A stretch of DNA of 64,000 nt from Planctomycetota bacterium (GTDB lineage Bacteria > Planctomycetota > SZUA-567 > H5-PLA8): the NCBI GenBank assembly GCA_045863855.1, contig BTVV01000001.1, forward strand, positions 32,001-96,000, in the 5' to 3' direction. This document shows, one piece after another, positions 56,896-64,000 of this stretch; the first letter of the stretch is position 1, and every line of letters begins with the position of its first letter. The translations under genes and the position numbers were made by a program. Below the pieces are notes generated by a model. The model had not been told where the DNA came from. It saw nothing but the letters and a program-made list of their open reading frames with translations, and did no database searches.

Positions 56896-57783
56896 TCAGG
56901 TACGGTTAAGCTCCGCGGTTGCCCCGAACAGATCCCATAATTGAAGCGGAGTCAAGGCTTCGGCGCGCCGTTCGGCGGCGGGATGTCCTTCGGGCAGCGA
57001 GCCTTTCAGCAATCCGCCGATGCGTTTGCGGCGCTGCCGAAAAAGGCGGTGGAGCCAGTCGGAGTACGCGCGGGCCTGCGCCTGCGGCAGCGCGGCTTGG
57101 GGCCACGGGGGCAGTTCGATCTCGAGTACGGCGCTGTGGACTTGGGGCCGCGGCCAGAAGACTTCGGGCCCTACTTTGCGTACGATGCGCGCGCGCCCGC
57201 GCAGCGCGAGGTAGGCCGCGAGCGGCCCGTAGGCCGAGGTTCCGGGGGCGGCGATGAGGCGTTCGGCGAGTTCTTTCTGGATCGTCGCGACGGCGCGTTC
57301 GACGAGGCAGGCGCAAGCCTCGTGCGGTTCGGAAAGGTTCGCGAGCAGCGGCGTGGCGGCGTTGTAGGGCAAATTCGCGCCCAGAACGCGGCGCGGGCGG
57401 CTTTCGGTTTCGGAGATGCGCAGGAGTTCGCCGACCCAGGCCGGGTTGAGGCCGTGCTTGCCTTCCAGGATGTCGCCTTCGACGAGGGTGAGTCGTCCGG
57501 CGCCGAGTTCGGGCGCGAAGACGCCGCGCAGCAGGCGCGCGAGGCCGGTATCGAGTTCGACGGCCAGGACGCGCGCGGCGGGGTGCGCGTCGAGGAGCGC
57601 GCGGGTGAGGGCGCCGGTGCCGGGCCCGGCTTCGAGGACGACGGTTCGTTCGTCGGGCGCGACCTGTCGCGCGATGGCGGCTGCGAAGTTGGGATCGATC
57701 AGGAAGTTCTGGCCGAAGCGCTTCTGCGGGCGCAGGCCGTATTCGGCGAGCTGGTTCTTGAGGCGCTCGAGCGGACCGGACAC
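56896..57783 (-). CDS. rsmA: 16S rRNA m6,2A dimethyltransferase
   Basis: KRFGQNFL, EAGPGTGALT, ANLPYN, FWPRPQVHS. Confidence 0.95.
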   Translation of the reverse strand: MSGPLERLKNQLAEYGLRPQKRFGQNFLIDPNFAAAIARQVAPDERTVVLEAGPGTGALTRALLDAHPAARVLAVELDTGLARLLRGVFAPELGAGRLTLVEGDILEGKHGLNPAWVGELLRISETESRPRRVLGANLPYNAATPLLANLSEPHEACACLVERAVATIQKELAERLIAAPGTSAYGPLAAYLALRGRARIVRKVGPEVFWPRPQVHSAVLEIELPPWPQAALPQAQARAYSDWLHRLFRQRRKRIGGLLKGSLPEGHPAAERRAEALTPLQLWDLFGATAELNRT

Positions 57784-57792
57784 AGGAGCGGC

Positions 57793-59070
57793 TTAGCTCT
57801 TCGCGGCCTTCTCGAGGGCATCGAGGGTCGCGGCGGTGGGCCGCACGATGGGGATGCCGCAGCCGCGCGCGTGGACGGCCTGCGCGCAGATGCCCAGGGC
57901 CCGGCTGAGCGCGAAGAGGACCGTGTAGTAGTTCTGTTCGGTGAGCCCGTAGTGGCACAGCAGCGATCCCGAAGCGGCATCGACGTTGGGCCAAGGGTTC
58001 TTGATCTTGGGGTGCTTCTGCAGGACTTTGGGCACGGCCTCGAAGACGTTGAGCACGGTCTTGAAGACCGGGTCTTCCGGGCAGCGCTTCTTGCCGAATT
58101 CGACGAAGCTGGTGAAGCGCGGATCGGTGACGCGCAGCACCGCGTGTCCGTAGCCTGGAATGACGCGCTTGGCGGCGAGGGTTTCGTCGGCGAACTGCGT
58201 GATCTGCTGGACGGTGGGCACGCCGCCGAATTTCTTCATCACGCCCTGGATCCAGGTGAGGCATTCCTGATTGGCCAGCCCGTGAAGCGGTCCGGCGAGT
58301 CCGTTGAGGCCCGCGGAGAGCGAGTAGTAGAGATCGGAGAGCGCGGAGTTGACGGTTGCGGCCGCGTTGGCGCTGACGTTGCCGCCGCCGTGGTCGCTGT
58401 GCAGGACGAGGTAGAGGCGCATCAGTTCGGAGAGCGCGCCGCCGGGATCGGCCAGGCCGAGCTGGTGTACGAATCCGCCGGCCCAGTCCTTCGCGGGATC
58501 GGGCGGGATGCGCGGGCCCTTCTTGAAGCTGCGCCGGTAAATGTACGCGCACAGATCGGGCAGGCGCGCGGTGAGCGTCAGCGCGTCTTCGAAGGTGGCT
58601 TCCCAGTACTGGTCCTTGGGCATCTCGTCTTCGTAGCGCTGGAAGAAGAGCGAATCCTTCTGCATGGCCAGGATGCCGATGCTGAGCACGGTCATGGGAT
58701 GCGTATCGAGCGGGGTGGCGTCGATCACCGGCCAGACGTAAGCAGGCACCTCGCGGCGGGCTTTCCATTCGTCCTGGAGGTCTTTCAACGCGGCGGGATC
58801 GGGAAGTTTGCCGACGAGGAGCAGGTAGAAGACTTCTTCGGGGGAACGTCCGGCGAGATCGCCGATGGGGTAGCCGCGCAGGATCAGGCCCTTTTCGGGC
58901 GGCACGCTGGAGGTATCGCAGAAGAGGCTTTTGATGGAACGGGAACCGCCGAAAATCTGCCCCAGCGTGACCTGATCGACGACCTTTTCCCCGTGGTTGG
59001 CGAGCAGCTTCTTGATGCGCTCGTTTTCCTCGGCCAGGACCTTGCGCAGGGTTTCTTTCAGTGCTCCCAC
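57793..59070 (-). CDS. gltA: Citrate (Si)-synthase, eukaryote/Geobacter-like type
   Basis: HSDHGGGNVSA, GLAGPLHGLANQE, PGYGHAVLR, WPNVDA; GTG after GGAG. Confidence 0.9.
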   Translation of the reverse strand: MGALKETLRKVLAEENERIKKLLANHGEKVVDQVTLGQIFGGSRSIKSLFCDTSSVPPEKGLILRGYPIGDLAGRSPEEVFYLLLVGKLPDPAALKDLQDEWKARREVPAYVWPVIDATPLDTHPMTVLSIGILAMQKDSLFFQRYEDEMPKDQYWEATFEDALTLTARLPDLCAYIYRRSFKKGPRIPPDPAKDWAGGFVHQLGLADPGGALSELMRLYLVLHSDHGGGNVSANAAATVNSALSDLYYSLSAGLNGLAGPLHGLANQECLTWIQGVMKKFGGVPTVQQITQFADETLAAKRVIPGYGHAVLRVTDPRFTSFVEFGKKRCPEDPVFKTVLNVFEAVPKVLQKHPKIKNPWPNVDAASGSLLCHYGLTEQNYYTVLFALSRALGICAQAVHARGCGIPIVRPTAATLDALEKAAKS

Positions 59071-59231
59071 GGATGGCTCCTTCTGCGGCACGTCATGGTT
59101 TCGAAGCGGCGAGCGGAGGAGGGCATACGAGCGAACATCGAGATTCCCCCCGGATGAGCTACAGATTAGTCACGCACGGGGATTCTGCCACGGTAGATTC
59201 GGCGGAAGCGTCCGTTTCGGCTGGAGGAAAG

Positions 59232-60353
59232 CTACCCTTTCAGGTAGGCCTCGATCACTCGGGCGGCGTTGCCCAGCAAAAGGGGATGGGCCAGCTCGAA
59301 GCCGTGCGAGTTGTCGCGTGGCAGGCCGAAGGTGAGGACGCGTCCGGCGAGTCCCGTGGCGAGCACGGCGCCGGCGTCGCTCGCGGCGCTGGGGTAAATG
59401 GCACGCTGGAGCTTCAGCTTGACGCGGGCGGCGGCGGCGTCGAAGCGGGCGGCTTCGCGCAGCGAGTGGGTGGCGGCGCGTTCGCGCATCCACAGCGCGG
59501 GCGTTCCGTCGAGGGCCAGCGGGGATTCGGGGACCGACGGGGAGGTATCGACGCCGACGGCGACTTCGGGTTGCAGGTTCCGGCAGAGTCGCGTGCATCC
59601 GGTGAGCCCGCCTTCCTCGCCCATCGTCGCGCCGAGGTAGATTTCGCCGGGGAGTTTGGCCTTGGCGAGTTTGCGGGCCAGAAGCGTAAGGACGGCCAGC
59701 CCCGCGCGGTCGTCGTAAATGAAGCAGCCGACGCGCGCGCGCGGCCCCGTGCCCGCGCCGAGGCGTTCGACTTTTTTGCGTTCGCGGGCGACGACGGCCC
59801 GGCAGCCCACGCCGATCCCGCGCCGGGCCAGTTCGTCCTTCGAGTATCCGGTTTCGACGCGCACGAGGTCCCAGGTGAGCGCGCGCTTATCTTTCAGTTC
59901 GCCCAGCGGACCCACGCCGGTATGGGTGCTGCCGACGGAGAGGATGCCGCGGACGGTGGGCACGCGGTAATCGTCGCGCTTCGCGGCGGCGGCGTAATCG
60001 GTGGGCGCCAGGAGATCGAGCGGCCCTTCGCCGTACTTCCAGGGCAGCGAACCGCCGAGGTTGGTCAGGCGCAAGCGCCCGTCGGGCTCGACGGCCGTGA
60101 CGAGCATCGAGATCTCGTCGAGATGCGACATCAGGACGAGGCGGGGGCCGGAGCCGCCGGGCTTGCCCAGGCGCGCATAGAGGTTGCCGCCGTCGTCCTC
60201 GACGGGTTCCAATCCGGCCGCGCGCCACAGCCCGCGCACGACGCAACGGACTTCGTCCTCCTGCCCGCCCGGGCCGTGCGCGGAGATGAGCGTTTGAAGC
60301 AGGTCGATGCTTTCGTCTGCGGACACGGGGCCTCCCGGAAGGCTGCGGTTCAC
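59232..60353 (-). CDS. M42 family metallopeptidase
   Basis: SHLDEI, DDRAG, EEGG, SDA, HGFE; start uncertain. Confidence 0.85.
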   Translation of the reverse strand: MNRSLPGGPVSADESIDLLQTLISAHGPGGQEDEVRCVVRGLWRAAGLEPVEDDGGNLYARLGKPGGSGPRLVLMSHLDEISMLVTAVEPDGRLRLTNLGGSLPWKYGEGPLDLLAPTDYAAAAKRDDYRVPTVRGILSVGSTHTGVGPLGELKDKRALTWDLVRVETGYSKDELARRGIGVGCRAVVARERKKVERLGAGTGPRARVGCFIYDDRAGLAVLTLLARKLAKAKLPGEIYLGATMGEEGGLTGCTRLCRNLQPEVAVGVDTSPSVPESPLALDGTPALWMRERAATHSLREAARFDAAAARVKLKLQRAIYPSAASDAGAVLATGLAGRVLTFGLPRDNSHGFELAHPLLLGNAARVIEAYLKG

Positions 60354-60377
60354 ACGGCCATCAACGGCACGCCCATG

Positions 60378-61505
60378 CTACAAGTCCACGGGCTTGCCGG
60401 TTTCGGCGGACTGGTACGCGGCGATGACGAGCTTTTGGGTCTCGGCGCCTTCGCCGATGGGCGTGCGCGTCGCGCGGTTCTTCAGGATCGCATGGAGCAG
60501 GTCGAGGTGTTCGCCCAGGTTCGGGCTGCCGCCGGTCTCGAAGGGCTCGGTCTTGAGTTCCTTCCCGTCGGTGATCGTGATCTCGCCGGCGCCGCCGCCC
60601 CAATCGACGGTGAAGCCCTTGGCGACGAGGGTGCTGGGGGCGAGCCACTTTCCGGGGATCGCGCAGTTGGTGCCGGTGATGATGCCCAGCGCGCCGGTCT
60701 CGAAGCGGATCAGCGTCCCGCTCACGTCTTCGACCGTGTAGTTCTCGACGTCGCGGTGCGCGAGGTTCGCCGTGTACGCGAAGACCTGCACGGGCTTGCC
60801 GAGCAGATAGCGGCACAGATCGAACTGGTGAATGATCTGTTCGACGATCTGCCCGCCGGACTTGTCCTTCATGCGCCACCACGGCGAATGCAAGCTGTTG
60901 CAGAAGTAGCGGCCCACGTACTGGATCGCCGGGCCCTTGGCGGCGAGCAATTCCTTGACGCGCTCGATGCCCTTCATGAAGCGCATGTGGAACCCGACCT
61001 GGCTCTTGACGCCGGCCTTCTGCACGGCGGCGGCCATCTGGCCGGCCAGTTCGTTGGTCAGCGCGATGGGTTTCTCGATCAGGATGTGAATCCCGCGCTC
61101 GGCCGCCAGCATCACTTCGTCCTTGTGCGCGAAGGGCGGCATGCAGATCGTGACCGCATCGAGCTTGGCCTGCTCGAACATTACGCGGTAGTCCTCGTAG
61201 ACCGTCCCGTGGCCTTTGCCGTATTCCTTCTGGAAGCGTTCGGCGTTGGCGCGGACGACGTCGCAGTAGGCAACGACGTCGTACTCGGGAATCTGGATCA
61301 GGCTCTTGATGTGCGCGTTAGCAATGCCTCCGCAGCCCAGCAGCCCCATGCGCAGGCGCTTTTCGGGCAACGGCGCGGCCTTGGGCGCGGCGGCGGGCTT
61401 CTTCGCGGCGGCTTTCGGCGCGGGCTTGGGCTTCTGAACGGGCTTGGCTTTGGGGGCCGGCTTGGATTTCGGCTTCGCTTTGGACGGCTTGGACTTCTTG
61501 GCCAT
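60378..61505 (-). CDS. Gfo/Idh/MocA oxidoreductase with Lys/Ala/Pro-rich N-terminus
   Basis: GLLGCGGIA, IEKPIA, GGQIVEQIIHQFD. Confidence 0.92.
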   Translation of the reverse strand: MAKKSKPSKAKPKSKPAPKAKPVQKPKPAPKAAAKKPAAAPKAAPLPEKRLRMGLLGCGGIANAHIKSLIQIPEYDVVAYCDVVRANAERFQKEYGKGHGTVYEDYRVMFEQAKLDAVTICMPPFAHKDEVMLAAERGIHILIEKPIALTNELAGQMAAAVQKAGVKSQVGFHMRFMKGIERVKELLAAKGPAIQYVGRYFCNSLHSPWWRMKDKSGGQIVEQIIHQFDLCRYLLGKPVQVFAYTANLAHRDVENYTVEDVSGTLIRFETGALGIITGTNCAIPGKWLAPSTLVAKGFTVDWGGGAGEITITDGKELKTEPFETGGSPNLGEHLDLLHAILKNRATRTPIGEGAETQKLVIAAYQSAETGKPVDL

Positions 61506-61668
61506 GGAGGCGCTCCTCGAAAGGTTCTAACAACGGGAAGCTCAGCATCCTATGTCCGTCGGGCGGGCGCGCTACGGCAGGATTTCGGGGCCGGCGGGAG
61601 GTACGGCGCACGTCCGGGGCGGCGGGCGGGATGCCCGCGATACCGAATGGCGGCGGGCGCTGCGAAGG

Positions 61669-62373
61669 CTACTTTTTCGCGGCCTCGGCGGCTATGCGCT
61701 TCTCGTGGCCGGCGATTTCCTTCTCGGGATTATCGAGGAACGCCTGTTTGCAGCCGGTGCAGCAGACGTAGTAGGTCTTGCCCTTGTACTCGACGGCCAT
61801 GGTGCCTTCGCCGCCGGTGACGACGCAGACGTTCGCGTTGGCGTTCTTGCCGAAGCCGCTGCCTTGCTTGGTGGCGCCGACTTCCGCGAGCTTCCCGAAC
61901 TTGTCCGCGCCGCCGGGGAGCTTGCGCTCGTAGAGGACCGTCATGCGCTTGCCGCGGGCGAGCAGGCTGAGCGTGATGCGCGCGGGCTGTCCTTCGCCGG
62001 CTTGCGCGTTGACGAGTTCGAGGTCCTTGAAGCGGTTGATCGCACCGGCGTAGGTCTGCGCCGAACCGTCGGCGGCGGTGGCCGTGAGCGTGAAGGCATC
62101 GGCGGCCTCGCCGGCCACGAGCTTCGCATCCTTGAAGTACTTCCCGTCGGCGGTCTTCATTGCGAGCAGCGCGCGTCCGCCCTCGAACGCCCACGCCCAC
62201 TCGAACGTCTCGCTCCAGGCATCGCCTTGAGCCGGCTTGCCGCCGCCCTTCCATTGGCCGATCAGATCCTGCACCTTGGCCAAGGCGAGTTTGTCCGCTT
62301 CGACACGGTCTTCGCCGGCCTGCACCGCGGCCGCCGCCAGCGCCACCGCCAGGAACATCGCCATTCCACGCAT
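61669..62373 (-). CDS. Secreted YHS-domain protein
   Basis: Signal peptide; CVVTGG..YKGKTYYVCCTGCKQAF. Confidence 0.85.
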   Translation of the reverse strand: MRGMAMFLAVALAAAAVQAGEDRVEADKLALAKVQDLIGQWKGGGKPAQGDAWSETFEWAWAFEGGRALLAMKTADGKYFKDAKLVAGEAADAFTLTATAADGSAQTYAGAINRFKDLELVNAQAGEGQPARITLSLLARGKRMTVLYERKLPGGADKFGKLAEVGATKQGSGFGKNANANVCVVTGGEGTMAVEYKGKTYYVCCTGCKQAFLDNPEKEIAGHEKRIAAEAAKK

Positions 62374-62479
62374 GGTTCGATCCTTTAAATAGGTTCCTGC
62401 CCAGCCCCGACGCACGAACATTCTGGAGATTCGATGCTATCCGCTAGCATGGTCGTGCTCAACGCGCTCGCGGCTGCAT

Positions 62480-62512
62480 AAAAAAGCCGGGCCCGTGGGG
62501 AACGGGCCCGGC
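62480..62512 (-). terminator. Rho-independent terminator
   Basis: Reverse strand GCCGGGCCCGT-loop-ACGGGCCCGGC-TTTTTT. Confidence 0.8.
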
Positions 62513-62624
62513 GGGTAGGGAATGGGAACGCGACGTGCGTTTCCACTCGCTAGCGTAGTGACTGTGCGGGCTTACACGAATCGCACGGCGGCGATCCGGT
62601 CCGGAATTGCTCCTGGGGCCGGCT

Positions 62625-63389
62625 CTATTTCGCGGCCTCGCGATGTCCGCTGATGACCTTCAGTTCACCGGCGGGGCGGCCTTTCGCATCCGTCAGCACC
62701 AGCGGTTCGGCGGGCTGAGCCGAGAAATCCAGCACGCCGCTCTTGAGGTTCGTTTCGGCCCACGCCAGGCAGTCGTTTCCGTCGAGCGTCATTTCGCCGA
62801 TGGTCTTCCCGGCCTGATCGCAAAAGCTGACGAGTTGATCCTGCGGGAATTGACCGAGGGTCCAGACGCCGGCGAGGCGCCCGGCGGCGGTTCCGCCGTC
62901 CTTCAACGCGCGCTGGCTCAGGTCCTTCCAGAACGCATCGCTCGCGCTGTCGTCGTCGAAAAGGTACACGTAGGCTTTTTCGCCGTTCAGGATGCGTCGG
63001 GTGAGGGTCAACTTGGCGGGGTTCGGAAAGCCGGGGTCGTCTTGCACGAGCGGCGTGACGTGGACGATTTCGGGTTCGCTCTGGAAGCGCACGAGCAGAA
63101 AGGTATCCGGCGCGCTGGCCAGATCGGCCCATTTCACCGCCGGGGCCGCCGGATCGGCGCGGTATTCGAGGAAGACTTCTTCGGCGATCGACGGTCCCGC
63201 GGACGTGCGGCCGTCGGCGAAGCTGTAGCCCAATCCGACGGCGCCCAAGAGCAGCCCGACGACCAGACCGGTCACCAGCACGACCGTTCGGGAGAGGCCG
63301 CGCGGATGGCGCGAAACAGGCTTAGGTTCGTCCAGGGGCCGGACTTCCACGCGCGGATGTGTCGAGTTGGGTTGCGGTTCGGGCATCAT
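62625..63389 (-). CDS. Hypothetical membrane-anchored protein
   Basis: GGAGG RBS; one TM helix and a soluble domain. Confidence 0.7.
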   Translation of the reverse strand: MMPEPQPNSTHPRVEVRPLDEPKPVSRHPRGLSRTVVLVTGLVVGLLLGAVGLGYSFADGRTSAGPSIAEEVFLEYRADPAAPAVKWADLASAPDTFLLVRFQSEPEIVHVTPLVQDDPGFPNPAKLTLTRRILNGEKAYVYLFDDDSASDAFWKDLSQRALKDGGTAAGRLAGVWTLGQFPQDQLVSFCDQAGKTIGEMTLDGNDCLAWAETNLKSGVLDFSAQPAEPLVLTDAKGRPAGELKVISGHREAAK

Positions 63390-63512
63390 CGTGACCTCCG
63401 GCCAGCGGGTTCACACCGCGGGTTCACACCACGGTAAACATAAGAAAAGGGCCTCGGCTCTTTCGCGGAATCCGGTCGCTCGCCTAACCCACGGGCTGCT
63501 ATACTTCCGGGC

Positions 63513-64000
63513 ATGAACGCGCCCAGCGGTTCTCCCGCGCCCGATGCGCCCCCCGGATCGGCGGCTCCGATGCGCTTGCCGTTGCCGCCCACGCGTCCGT
63601 GGCAGGACTTGTCCGGCGAAGCGTTTCTGGCGCGCGCGCCGCGGGTGCGCGTGGAAGGCTGCCCCGGTCCGGTGCCGTGCCTGGGCGGGATACCGTTGCT
63701 GGCGCGCTTGGGCCAGGGCGGGATGGGCGCCGTCTACTACGGGATTCACCCGCGGCTGGACGTCGAAGTGGCCGTGAAGGTTCTGCCGCCGGAATGGGCC
63801 GAACGTGACGCCGGATTGGTCGGCCGCTTCCTGCGCGAGGCGAAGGTCGCCGCGCGGATCAAGTCGCCGCATCTTGTCGGCGTGCTGGACGTGAACGAAG
63901 AACGCGGCCTGCATTACCTGACGATGGAGTACGTGCGCGGCGAGTCCGCGGGTTCGTACCTGCGCCGCTTGCACGAACAGGGCCAGCCCGGCCTGCCGGA
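63513..64000 (+). CDS. Ser/Thr protein kinase, 5' part (runs off the window)
   Basis: Translated by hand: LGQGGMGAVYY..VAVKVL..RFLREA..HLVGVLD..TMEYV. Confidence 0.9.
   Translation, partial: MNAPSGSPAPDAPPGSAAPMRLPLPPTRPWQDLSGEAFLARAPRVRVEGCPGPVPCLGGIPLLARLGQGGMGAVYYGIHPRLDVEVAVKVLPPEWAERDAGLVGRFLREAKVAARIKSPHLVGVLDVNEERGLHYLTMEYVRGESAGSYLRRLHEQGQPGLP

Overview
High-GC bacterial chromosomal window. The gene repertoire (Ser/Thr kinase-TPR proteins, an extended ECF sigma, Gfo/Idh/MocA oxidoreductases, PL8 lyase, BNR glycosidase) suggests a Planctomycetota/PVC-like organism; this is inference only. Host genes (response regulator, Fic, ispH, tRNA-Leu, SDR, dnaE, rsmA, citrate synthase) flank a ~22 kb + strand phage-derived cluster at ~8.3-30.6 kb. 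The cluster runs: HTH and sigma-region-2 regulators, holin-like genes, an overlapping spanin-like pair, large terminase, portal, scaffold, major capsid, then neck/tail-like genes. I found no integrase, att repeat, replication gene, endolysin or tape measure. Opposite-strand genes, REP/MITE-like repeats and a three-cassette attC array interrupt it, so it looks domesticated (candidate gene-transfer-agent-like system). A sharp C-rich to G-rich strand-skew flip lies at its left edge (~8.7 kb). A DUF692/DUF2063 RiPP locus with a 12-Cys twin-arginine precursor lies at 54.4-56.6 kb. All calls come from motif recognition by eye; no searches were run.
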